Of a stretch of DNA of 25,857 nucleotides, positions 1 to 8,194 are shown piece by piece. Under the pieces are notes generated by a model. It searched no databases. It was not told the DNA's origin and saw nothing but the letters and a program-made list of their open reading frames with translations. The DNA comes from Thiotrichales bacterium (GTDB lineage: Bacteria > Pseudomonadota > Gammaproteobacteria > Francisellales > CACEW01): the NCBI GenBank assembly GCA_023266165.1, contig JAHFRR010000003.1:1-25857 (forward strand). Reading direction: 5' to 3'. Numbering within the stretch: position 1 is the first letter of the stretch; every line of letters starts with the position of its first letter. The position numbers and the translations under genes are program-made.

Positions 1-55
1 AAGGGAGGAGGGAATAAGAAAGCCTTGCCAATTGAATAGGTTAGAAAGATGTGTG
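1..55 (+). repeat. Truncated copy of a dispersed BoxC-like repeat (right hairpin arm plus tail)
   Basis: 1..14 AAGGGAGGAGGGAA is identical to 2366..2379. 8..32 matches the reverse complement of 10728..10752 at 23/25 positions. Confidence 0.6.
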
Positions 56-65
56 CATGCCGTAG

Positions 66-85
66 CCCGCAAGGGGAGAGGGGAC
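66..85 (+). repeat. Partial BoxC-like element (loop and purine-rich right arm only)
   Basis: CCCGCAAGGGGAGAGGGGAC resembles the loop and right arm of the hairpin at 2355..2377. The pyrimidine-rich left arm is missing. Confidence 0.4.
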
Positions 86-122
86 AAGAAATTATGATGC
101 GAAAGTTTTTTATTTTTTAGGA

Positions 123-287
123 TTACCCACTCAAAACAACATAGAGCCCAAAAATCTCCTGAGGCAAAGCCACCTTCAGCAAGTCAATCGCCACAGAAAT
201 ATCCTCGCACATCGCTTTAAATAACGCATCATGTGGATTCTGAATCTGCTCAGCGGCTTGAACTCGTTTAGGTAGTTTTTTAGATAT
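123..287 (-). pseudogene. 5' remnant of an Rpn/YhgA-like (Transposase_31) PD-(D/E)XK gene
   Basis: Minus frame reads ISKKLPKRVQAAEQIQNPHDALFKAMCEDISVAIDLLKVALPQEIFGLYVVLSG*. It carries the Rpn N-terminal motif PHDALFK...LLK..LP.EI and aligns by eye with HDHTFK...LLKTYLPEDI of the intact Rpn at 18501..19424. The first codon is ATA and a stop follows after 54 codons. Confidence 0.8.
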
Positions 288-466
288 ATAGATCTTAATT
301 TAATATTTTAGATCAAAATAAAACTTACTTGATCTCAAGTCAATGGAAATTAGAAAATTTTTCAAAAATCATTTTTTACCAATTTCTCGCAATCACACCC
401 TACACAAAAATGTTTTTCCATGCTACATTGTTTCACTGTTTTATGATATTTTAATGGAATAATGAT

Positions 467-1804
467 ATGCATGACTCAAAAACCTATCTTGAAATTTTCA
501 ATGAAAGCATTACGTTGCTGCAAGCGTCAGACATCACACTCAGTAGCTTCTTACAAAGGCTTGATGACAATCTACCTCGTGACCGAACTTTTTATGCGAA
601 CGCGGTCAATGATGTTGAAACACGCATGGCTAAGAATAAAACGGACTACAAACTGGTACATCACGCACCTTTTCATGGGCTACAAATGGGACGTGATTGC
701 ATTCTACAAACCCAAAAACACTTCCCTGACCAAGTCTATTATATTCGCTTTATGGGATTATGCGGTTTATATCATGACGCTGCATACACGAGGAATCCTG
801 GCATAGATGAGATCGCAAGTGCCAAAATGTTGTATCAGCTTTTAGAGCCCTACGCTCTGCAAGCAGCAGACAAAAGCTATTTGCAAGCCCTGATCAACGC
901 GATCATCATCGGAGGCACCTATCCTGACTTCAAAACATACTCGGGCATGATCACAACACCTGCAAACAACGAAAAAAGAGCCCGTGAAGCGCGATTGAAA
1001 ATACTCACACAAAAAGAACGTCAATCAGAAAACAGTGCTTTAGAAAAGCTTACAAGTCTTGACGCACTCACAGAAATGATTCACAACCTCGATCTTAACA
1101 ATATGCTCCAACCCATAAAAGACTTACCCGCTTCACTCAATATCCCAAAAGAGCTCGCCTGTAGAACTAGCCCAGATTTTCTCCGACTCGCGCTACTGCG
1201 TTTAACACAAAGCGTGCGCTGCTTTGAAGAACGCACGAAAGAAAAACTAAGAAAAGGAGATTATGCACTTTTCATCCGGGACGAGAAAGCATTTTGCAGG
1301 CAAAGATTGAATGCACTAGACATGCATGGAGCAACAGAACAAAGCTCACACTACAATGACTGGTATCAATATTTAGATTTTTTACAGCAGTTTCCCGTGA
1401 CTTCCCAGCCGGGTGATCTTGCCCTACTTACAACTTTAGCTGAATTTCCCGATACAAAAATACAGGCAATGAAAGCAGATCTCATCAATATTTTTGAGAA
1501 GCTCTGTCCACTCCCAGCAGCAAAGTCAGCATGGGCTGGAGAAGAGAAAGATACTCAAGAAATACAGCCTGGTTCACCGACCCCCAAGCCTCGCGCATCA
1601 ATGTCTCAACACAATGCTTCTTCCCACCCCTGGTATAAAACAATCTTTTGCTGTTTCACTCGCAGCGCAACGATCAAACCAGAGACCCAAACAGAAACTG
1701 CCCTTACATCACCTTCCAGCGGCCAAACCACCGTCGTGGACATCACTTGTCAAAAGCGCTCAGGATCTATATCATCAGTGACGATCGAGAACAAACCATC
1801 CTAA
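467..1804 (+). CDS. HD-superfamily metal-dependent phosphohydrolase-like protein with low-complexity C-terminal tail (candidate secreted effector)
   Basis: 445 aa ORF. Motifs HHxxxH (aa 65-70), GLYHDAAY (H103-D104), DE..SA and HNLDL (D209) follow the H...HD...D pattern. The C-terminal ~90 aa are S/T/P/Q-rich and contain IFCCF. Confidence 0.6.
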   Translation: MHDSKTYLEIFNESITLLQASDITLSSFLQRLDDNLPRDRTFYANAVNDVETRMAKNKTDYKLVHHAPFHGLQMGRDCILQTQKHFPDQVYYIRFMGLCGLYHDAAYTRNPGIDEIASAKMLYQLLEPYALQAADKSYLQALINAIIIGGTYPDFKTYSGMITTPANNEKRAREARLKILTQKERQSENSALEKLTSLDALTEMIHNLDLNNMLQPIKDLPASLNIPKELACRTSPDFLRLALLRLTQSVRCFEERTKEKLRKGDYALFIRDEKAFCRQRLNALDMHGATEQSSHYNDWYQYLDFLQQFPVTSQPGDLALLTTLAEFPDTKIQAMKADLINIFEKLCPLPAAKSAWAGEEKDTQEIQPGSPTPKPRASMSQHNASSHPWYKTIFCCFTRSATIKPETQTETALTSPSSGQTTVVDITCQKRSGSISSVTIENKPS

Positions 1805-1814
1805 GGAACCCACA

Positions 1815-2336
1815 ATGCACCTCCCATCCGGTAAAGACCTCCCCAACGATTTCAACGTGATTATTGAGATCCCCGCGTTCTCAGAGCCTGTCAAATATGA
1901 GTTTGACAAAGACGCCAACATGTTGGTTGTCGATCGCTTTATGGGAACTTCCATGCAATACCCTGCCAATTATGGGTTTATCCCGCATACCCTCTCGGAA
2001 GATGGAGATCCTGTGGATGTGCTGGTCATCACGCCCATCCCCTTGCGTCATGGCTGTGCGATTCGTTGTCGCCCTGTGGGAATGCTGAAAATGACCGATG
2101 AGTCAGGCGTGGATGCCAAGATTCTCGCAGTACCCGTCAGCAAGCTCACGAAAAAGTATGATCATGTCCAGGATATTCAAGATGTTTGCGAGTCTCTCAA
2201 AGCCCAGATCAAGCATTTCTTTGAGAACTATAAAGCGTTGGATGCCGGTAAATGGGTGAAGCTTGACGGCTTTGTTTCCGTGCATGATGCCAAGGCTGAG
2301 ATCATGGCGAGTGTCAAACGCGCGCAGAAAAAATAA
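1815..2336 (+). CDS. ppa: Inorganic pyrophosphatase (family I)
   Basis: [30 protein letters not shown] and [10 protein letters not shown] motifs; AAGGA RBS upstream. Confidence 0.97.
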   Translation: MHLPSGKDLPNDFNVIIEIPAFSEPVKYEFDKDANMLVVDRFMGTSMQYPANYGFIPHTLSEDGDPVDVLVITPIPLRHGCAIRCRPVGMLKMTDESGVDAKILAVPVSKLTKKYDHVQDIQDVCESLKAQIKHFFENYKALDAGKWVKLDGFVSVHDAKAEIMASVKRAQKK

Positions 2337-2340
2337 CTTT

Positions 2341-2410
2341 ACCCTCCACCCTAACCCTCCTCCGCAAGGGAGGAGGGAACTTAAAGCTCTCACTTGAGGT
2401 TAAAAGATAT
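2341..2410 (+). repeat. BoxC-like palindromic element between ppa and nth (may also act as a pause or terminator)
   Basis: ACCCTCCACCCTAACCCTCCTCC-GCAAG-GGAGGAGGG. Perfect 9-bp stem 2355..2363/2369..2377 preceded by a CCCT-rich leader. The tail AAAGC..TTGA.GGTTAAAAGAT resembles 19..50. Confidence 0.65.
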
Positions 2411-2413
2411 CGT

Positions 2414-3061
2414 GTGAATCTCAAAACGCGTCAGGCTCTCTTCACGCAGCTTCAAGGGCAGAACCCGCACCCTGAAACCGAGCTTTTGTATCAAAGCCCG
2501 TTTGAGCTCTTGGTGGCCGTGATGCTCTCAGCCCAAGCCACCGATGTGGGCGTGAACAAAGCCACGCGTAAGCTCTTTGCGATCGCCCATACACCCAAAG
2601 CTATTTTGGCTCTGGGAGAGCCTGTTTTATTAGAACATCTCAAAACGCTCAACCTGTATAAAACCAAAACCCGGCACCTTCTGGGTTTGTGTCAAATGCT
2701 ATTAGATCAACATCAAGGAGAGATCCCCAGATCTCGAAAAGATCTCGAAGCGTTGCCTGGTGTGGGGCGAAAAACAGCGAATGTGGTGTTGAATGTTGTC
2801 TTTGGGGAGCCTTGTATTGCCGTAGATACCCATATTTTTCGGGTCGCTCAGCGAATTGGCCTGGCCTTTGGCAACACACCCTTAGCCATTGAACAAGGCT
2901 TGATGAAAGCGATTCCCAAAACGTTTTTAACGCACGCCCATCATTGGCTGGTGCTGCACGGACGCTATGTGTGTACTGCCCGCAAGCCTCAGTGCAATAC
3001 CTGCGTGATTCGAACGTGGTGTGAATACCCTTTAAAGACTGAGCCTCATGACCCCACCTGA
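2414..3061 (+). CDS. nth: Endonuclease III
   Basis: FELLVAVMLSAQATD, HhH motif LPGVGRKTANVV, VDTH and the 4Fe-4S motif CTARKPQCNTCVIRTWC; GTG start. Confidence 0.97.
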   Translation: MNLKTRQALFTQLQGQNPHPETELLYQSPFELLVAVMLSAQATDVGVNKATRKLFAIAHTPKAILALGEPVLLEHLKTLNLYKTKTRHLLGLCQMLLDQHQGEIPRSRKDLEALPGVGRKTANVVLNVVFGEPCIAVDTHIFRVAQRIGLAFGNTPLAIEQGLMKAIPKTFLTHAHHWLVLHGRYVCTARKPQCNTCVIRTWCEYPLKTEPHDPT

Positions 3062-3512
3062 TCAAAGCACCTTGCGCGCGCTGTACATCAACACCTGGCA
3101 GAAATCAAAGACCCAGGCACTGCTCACCCCGCTGGAATCTCAGATTGCCCAGGTCATCTCCGAGCATCCAGAGTATCACATGCGCCTGAAACCCGAACAT
3201 CTCAACGCCCAGTATTTCCCAGAGCTTCAGCAAACCAACCCGTTCTTGCATATGGGTTTGCACCTGGCACTGAGAGAGCAAGTGGCAACTGATCGCCCTG
3301 CAGGTATACATGCAATTTTTAAAACGCTGTTAGGCAAAACCCAAGATCCCCTACAAGCCGAGCATCAAATGATGGACGCCCTGATCGAGGCGCTCTGGCA
3401 CGCTCAACGCAACAACACGCTGCCGGATGAGGGGGCGTATGTGAAGGCGCTGCAAGCCCTCATTATCCAAGGGCAGGGACAAGCTCAGAGGGTGACCCAG
3501 GCGCTAACTTAG
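3048..3512 (+). CDS. DUF1841 family protein
   Basis: LE..IA.VI.EHPEYH, NPFLHMGLHLALREQ..DRP.GI and AEH.MMD.L.E.LW motifs; overlaps the nth stop by 14 nt. Confidence 0.85.
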   Translation: MTPPDQSTLRALYINTWQKSKTQALLTPLESQIAQVISEHPEYHMRLKPEHLNAQYFPELQQTNPFLHMGLHLALREQVATDRPAGIHAIFKTLLGKTQDPLQAEHQMMDALIEALWHAQRNNTLPDEGAYVKALQALIIQGQGQAQRVTQALT

Positions 3513-4884
3513 CTGCATCAAGATCAGAGTCAGATCCAGACTCAGACCTAGAGTCTGATTCAGGCGCTGAGTCAGATGAAACAGAGTCTCGCGAATTTTT
3601 GTCGCTGCTCACTTGTTGCTGCGCCTGCTGTTGCCTGCACTTATGCACACATACCGCCACACCTGCAATCACTGCAACAGATGCCACCGTTGCAACAACT
3701 GCAGCCGCTGTGTGATAGATATAAAACGCTTTCAGTGCGCTGAAGGCCATGGTTAAAGCACCCACAACCGCTCCGCCAGCCGCTCCATGAGAAATTGCCC
3801 CAACAGCAATACCCGCCGCAACAAGGACCGCAGCTGCAACCACAACTACCGCCCCTACTATCACTTTTTTGACCGTTGGGTGGCTGCTCAACCAGGTGGG
3901 GGCAGCTGCTGTGCTCATTGCGCGATTCTCTGCTTGTAGCTCAGCAATTTGCCGCTGATACTCACTAATCACCTCTTGATGCCTGCCCTCTTGCCGTTGA
4001 AGCTCCTCGTGATGCGTGAGCTTCTCTAGATATCTTTCATAGCACTCCCCTGGCATCTTTAAGCGTAACGTGCCCTGAGCGCGAGTGGCAGCATCCACCA
4101 GATTTTTATCAACACCCGCAGCTGCAATGCTTTCACCCGCGTAATGAAGATCTTCTGCGAAGCGAACGAGAAACTGATCTCGTGGCTCGTCCAGGTTTTT
4201 TTGCCATGCCACAGCGATTTTTGTAGGTGTAGCGGCGGCTGGATCCATCTGAAAACATTGAGCCTGTAAGCGACGTAAAAACCTCTCATACTGATCTTTG
4301 TGATCATCTGAAAGATCCTCTACAGAAATCTCACTTCCCTTCTTTCCAATCTCCTTGAACGCTTTATCGCTCAGCTGGTCAATAGCATACCCAAGCGCAT
4401 ATCTCTGCATAGATTTCTCTCGATGCTGGTTTAGCTCTATCTCGCTCATCGGGGAACATTGCTTTTCTTCCGTCACTATTTCTTGATAGGACATCCAAAT
4501 TTTAATATGAAACTCAAACTCCTGTAGCGTCCTCCATTCTCCTGACATAGGATAGCCGGTCTCAAGCAGCTGCTCCAACATATCATACCGTCCCCGCTGG
4601 ATGAATGCCTCTGCAAAAATCCCTGCTGTGACCTCGTTGAGAGTAAACTCATTGTTGAGAACGTTTTCTTCGTCAAATTTGACTTCTTGCGCCCCTACGC
4701 TTTGCCGTCGTGTAGCGAGCGGACTCGCAAAAGAGTACTCTACTATCCCTGCTTCCCGCGTAACTTTGCCAACAGACCAAGGGGTTGGAGGCGCTGAATC
4801 AAATAAATTTCGATGGACAGGTGATCGCACGGGTGATACCTCTGATATATCAGTAGGTCTTGTAGGTTTAGGCACAGTATGCAT
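3463..4884 (-). CDS. Hypothetical coiled-coil protein with C-terminal hydrophobic helices and Ser/Asp-rich tail (candidate membrane-anchored effector)
   Basis: Long ORF. The track starts it at GTG 4914; ATG 4884 downstream of GAGGAAG is preferred here. It has a Glu/Gln-rich helical core, two to three Ala/Val/Gly hydrophobic stretches and an SDSAPESDSRSESGSDSD tail. Confidence 0.75.
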   Translation of the reverse strand: MHTVPKPTRPTDISEVSPVRSPVHRNLFDSAPPTPWSVGKVTREAGIVEYSFASPLATRRQSVGAQEVKFDEENVLNNEFTLNEVTAGIFAEAFIQRGRYDMLEQLLETGYPMSGEWRTLQEFEFHIKIWMSYQEIVTEEKQCSPMSEIELNQHREKSMQRYALGYAIDQLSDKAFKEIGKKGSEISVEDLSDDHKDQYERFLRRLQAQCFQMDPAAATPTKIAVAWQKNLDEPRDQFLVRFAEDLHYAGESIAAAGVDKNLVDAATRAQGTLRLKMPGECYERYLEKLTHHEELQRQEGRHQEVISEYQRQIAELQAENRAMSTAAAPTWLSSHPTVKKVIVGAVVVVAAAVLVAAGIAVGAISHGAAGGAVVGALTMAFSALKAFYIYHTAAAVVATVASVAVIAGVAVCVHKCRQQQAQQQVSSDKNSRDSVSSDSAPESDSRSESGSDSDLDAAKLAPGSPSELVPALG

Positions 4885-5064
4885 GGCTTTATTCTTCCTC
4901 ATCTCATCAAACACCCCCCCACCCTACTTCATCTTTCGATTATTACAAGAGTGACAACTGCTAGTTTTCAATTATTTTTAATAGCATTGTTAAATTTAAC
5001 TTTTAAAAGCTATGTGAGATAAGACAAAAACATAGATTAAATTAGATCAGATCAAAGCCTTATT

Positions 5065-6756
5065 CTATAAAGACTTGGCCAAGGTGCCTTGCTCAATCGT
5101 CCAGATTTCATCGCAGTGTGTGATCGTATCCAAATGATGGGTGACGATAATCCACGTGGCGCGATGTTTTTGACGAAAAATGGTGTCCATAATCACCGCC
5201 TGGTGCTTTGCATCGAGGCTTGCCGTTGGCTCATCCAGCAGAATCAGCTTAGCCTCTTTGAGAAACACGCGTGCCAGCGCAATTCTCTGAGCTTGGCCTA
5301 CGGATATCCCTGCATTCTGCTCACCAATCTGATGATCCAATGAGAGATTCAGACCTGCATCCTGCGCCGCCTTGAGAATCCTCGTATCTGAAGCCTCAGG
5401 GCACACCAGCTGGATATTCTCTTTGACAGATCCGGGGAGTAATTTAGGCTTTTGAGATAAAAATCCAATCGCGCCTCTCCAAGAGGCCAAACTCGCTTCC
5501 TGACGCGACACGCCATTCAAATAAAGCTCGCCTGAGTCAGGCATTAAATTCCCCGCCAGTAACTGCAATAAAGTCGACTTCCCCACACCGCTCACCCCCA
5601 CAATGGCCATACAGGTATTGGGTTTGAGGGTGAAAGACAGATTTGAGATCGTTGGATGCTGAGCCTTGGGATAGGTAAAAAATAGGTTTTTCACAGAGAC
5701 TTGAACGCCTTCCTCCCTGGTCTCGATGAGTACACCTGGCTTGGCATCGTGTAACACCGGCTTTTGCAAGATGGCTAAAATAGCCTCGCTTGCCCCGATC
5801 GCCGCCGCGCGATCATGATAATAGACTCCCAACTCTTTAAGCGGCAGATAAAACTCAGGTGCGAGCAACAAAATAAACAGCGCAGTCCACAGCGTCAGCC
5901 CATGACCGTACTCGCCCCAATGGATATAGCCTAATAGACTTAACCCCAGCCACGTGGCAATCAACGCAATCGAGAGCGAGGCAAAAAACTCCAATGTTGC
6001 AGACGACAGAAAAGCCACCCGCAACACGCGCATGGTTTTTTGGCGATACCCTGCCGCCGAGCGTTCAATCACCTGCGCTTGATGCTGGCTTTGATCAAAG
6101 AGCTTGAGTGTCGCAAAACCCTGTAGGACATCCACAAACTTCGCGCCTAAACGCTCCAGGGCCACGAAATTTTCACGATGCAACGCCGATGCGCCCATCC
6201 CGACCAGCGCCATAAACAACGGAATCAAGGGCGCTGTGATCAGTAACACCAGCCCTGCGATCCAGTTATGCGGAAAGACCATCACGAGAATTAAAATAGG
6301 CAGCAACACTGCAAAAATCATTTGCGGATAATAACGGGCACAGAAGTTTTGCAGCGCTTCCACCTGCTCGAGCATCAAGGCACTTAACGCACCCGAGGAG
6401 ATCTGAGCGACCTTTAAAGGGCTGATCTTCAGCAAATGCGCCGTGAGCGCCTCTCGCACATGGGCACGCACAGAGGCCCCGATATGAAAGCTTGCCCAGC
6501 TTTTAAGGCCTAAGATCCCCGCCCTGACAAGAAAGCAAAGCAAGATGCCCAAGAGCTCAGGCCACAGAGCAGCAATCGCTTGATGATGCATACAGGCTTG
6601 ATCTATCACACGGGCAAGCCAATAGGCTTGCAAAATAATAAGCAACCCGGAAAGCAACCCCAAGAGCACCGTGAGATACAACCAGCCTTGGGCCCTTTTC
6701 ACCTGCTGCATCAGCCAGCGACTGGGTTTGATCAAGGACAGGGGCGCGTGCTCCAT
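5065..6756 (-). CDS. cydD: Thiol-reductant/heme ABC exporter subunit CydD
   Basis: TM domain with F.D.LQG..TLKLF, TM.VLRVAFLSS..LEFF and LLLAPEFYLPL..LG.YYH; Walker A GVSGVGKS, CydD-type signature ISVGQAQR, Walker B LILLDEPT. Confidence 0.92.
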   Translation of the reverse strand: MEHAPLSLIKPSRWLMQQVKRAQGWLYLTVLLGLLSGLLIILQAYWLARVIDQACMHHQAIAALWPELLGILLCFLVRAGILGLKSWASFHIGASVRAHVREALTAHLLKISPLKVAQISSGALSALMLEQVEALQNFCARYYPQMIFAVLLPILILVMVFPHNWIAGLVLLITAPLIPLFMALVGMGASALHRENFVALERLGAKFVDVLQGFATLKLFDQSQHQAQVIERSAAGYRQKTMRVLRVAFLSSATLEFFASLSIALIATWLGLSLLGYIHWGEYGHGLTLWTALFILLLAPEFYLPLKELGVYYHDRAAAIGASEAILAILQKPVLHDAKPGVLIETREEGVQVSVKNLFFTYPKAQHPTISNLSFTLKPNTCMAIVGVSGVGKSTLLQLLAGNLMPDSGELYLNGVSRQEASLASWRGAIGFLSQKPKLLPGSVKENIQLVCPEASDTRILKAAQDAGLNLSLDHQIGEQNAGISVGQAQRIALARVFLKEAKLILLDEPTASLDAKHQAVIMDTIFRQKHRATWIIVTHHLDTITHCDEIWTIEQGTLAKSL

Positions 6757-6763
6757 ACAACCA

Positions 6764-7234
6764 TCAGGCCTTTTTCAGAATTCTGGCGCGCTCACGTTCC
6801 CAATCTCGGGCTTTTTCTGTGGCACGCTTGTCATATTCCTTTTTCCCCTGCACCAAGGCCATATGGACTTTGACGTACTGCGCTTTCCAGAATAAAGCGA
6901 GAGGAACGATGGTAAATCCTTTTTGCTCAACCTTCCCCATCAAAAAATCAATTTGACGACGATGGAGCAACAGCTTGCGTGAGCGCGCAGGGTCTGCCAC
7001 CACATGGGTTGAGGCAGACGTTAACGGCGTGATCTGGGCATTCAGCAAAAACGCCTCGCCATTGCGGATAAAGATGTGCGAATCTTTGAGTTGCACACGG
7101 CCATCGCGAATGCTTTTCAGCTCCCAGCCTTGCAAAACAATACCTGCCTCGAATTTCTCAAGCACACTATAGTCATGTAGCGCCTTGCGATTCATGGCAA
7201 TGGTGTTGTCAGGTTTCTTGGGTTTTGGGCTCAT
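6764..7234 (-). CDS. smpB: SsrA (tmRNA)-binding protein
   Basis: [34 protein letters not shown] and [14 protein letters not shown] motifs. Start moved to ATG 7234; the track's N-terminal extension looks non-coding. Confidence 0.97.
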   Translation of the reverse strand: MSPKPKKPDNTIAMNRKALHDYSVLEKFEAGIVLQGWELKSIRDGRVQLKDSHIFIRNGEAFLLNAQITPLTSASTHVVADPARSRKLLLHRRQIDFLMGKVEQKGFTIVPLALFWKAQYVKVHMALVQGKKEYDKRATEKARDWERERARILKKA

Positions 7235-7328
7235 CTGAAGGCCTATATGGTATTTTATAGCATTTTGGGGTATGTTAGCGCATGTTAACACTCTTGATGA
7301 AAAAAAGAAAATATCTGAAGAAAATATA

Positions 7329-7799
7329 ATGGATACTGACATCACCCGCTCAGCTTGGCTCCCTTATCCCATTGAGGCGCTTTTTGCATTGATCAATGAG
7401 ATTGAGGCTTACCCTCAATTTTTACCCAGCTGTATCGATGCCAAAATCCTGTCTCGCACCGAGCATCACATCCTCGCGCAAATGACCCTCTCCAAAGGAG
7501 GTCTCACCAAAACTCTCACCACACGCAATACCCTGAGCCCCCCTCATCAGGTCAAGATGACTTTAGTGGATGGGCCTTTCAAGCATTTTGAAGGCGAGTG
7601 GTGCCTGTTGGCCCTGGGCAATTCTGCGACCAAAGTCACCCTGAGACTGTCGTTTCAGCTGGCCCATGCCTGGCTCAGCCCTGTGATCGCACCCCTTTTT
7701 GCCTCGATGGATGTCAAGCTTCTACAGGCTTTTTGCGACTATGCCAAAAAAACGTTGCACCCTGAGCTAAGGCCCTCTCACCATGCCCATTCACATTGA
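7329..7799 (+). CDS. ratA: RatA / COQ10-like START-domain protein
   Basis: RSA.LPY....LF.L.N.IE.YPQFLP.C, TTRN and L..GPFK.F.G.W motifs; divergent from smpB as usual. Start moved to ATG 7329. Confidence 0.9.
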   Translation: MDTDITRSAWLPYPIEALFALINEIEAYPQFLPSCIDAKILSRTEHHILAQMTLSKGGLTKTLTTRNTLSPPHQVKMTLVDGPFKHFEGEWCLLALGNSATKVTLRLSFQLAHAWLSPVIAPLFASMDVKLLQAFCDYAKKTLHPELRPSHHAHSH

Positions 7800-8103
7800 A
7801 ATCATCTATGCTTTACCCACACACCAGCGCCTGATCACCCTCAAGCTTGCTGACGGGAGCCTGATCTCTGATGCCATAGAAGCGTCTGGCCTTTTGCATC
7901 AATACCCTGAGCTGAAGGGTACCTCGCTCAAAACCGGTATTTTCAGTCAAGCCAAATCTCTGGACACCCCCTTAAAAAACGGGGATCGCGTTGAGATCTA
8001 TCGACCCCTGGCGCTAAGCCCGATGGAGCGTCGCAGAGTGCACGCGAAGCGTCAGAAGCAAAATCAACAATCAACCCCCTCGAAAACCGCATATACCGCT
8101 TGA
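7783..8103 (+). CDS. ratB: RnfH/RatB ubiquitin-like protein
   Basis: EI.YALP..Q, AIEASG, GIFS and L..GDRVEIYRPL motifs; overlaps the ratA end. Confidence 0.9.
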   Translation: MPIHIEIIYALPTHQRLITLKLADGSLISDAIEASGLLHQYPELKGTSLKTGIFSQAKSLDTPLKNGDRVEIYRPLALSPMERRRVHAKRQKQNQQSTPSKTAYTA

Positions 8104-8194
8104 CCTGGACGCCGTTTTTCGTCATCCTCTCACATAACTTTCTCCAGTTCCCATCAAGCCTGTTTAAAAAAATAAAAACGAAGGAGTGGATATC

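Noticed and set aside
94-120. Phe-rich mini-ORF MMRKFFIF* resembling a phe attenuator leader
   Set aside because: No Phe-related gene or attenuator structure follows. It is explained by a T-rich intergenic stretch.
294-308. CTTAAT/TTAATATT resembling a Legionella PmrA box upstream of the HD gene
   Set aside because: The half-sites are not at the required 11-bp spacing, and the region is AT-rich.
7235-7345. N-terminal extensions of smpB (to 7345) and ratA (from 7272) in the ORF track
   Set aside because: They overlap each other across the divergent promoter region and have no family similarity. Downstream ATGs fit the known N-termini.
7329-8103. ratA-ratB as a toxin-antitoxin or defence module
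   Set aside because: It is a conserved smpB-linked core pair (COQ10/START plus RnfH) and not unusual here.
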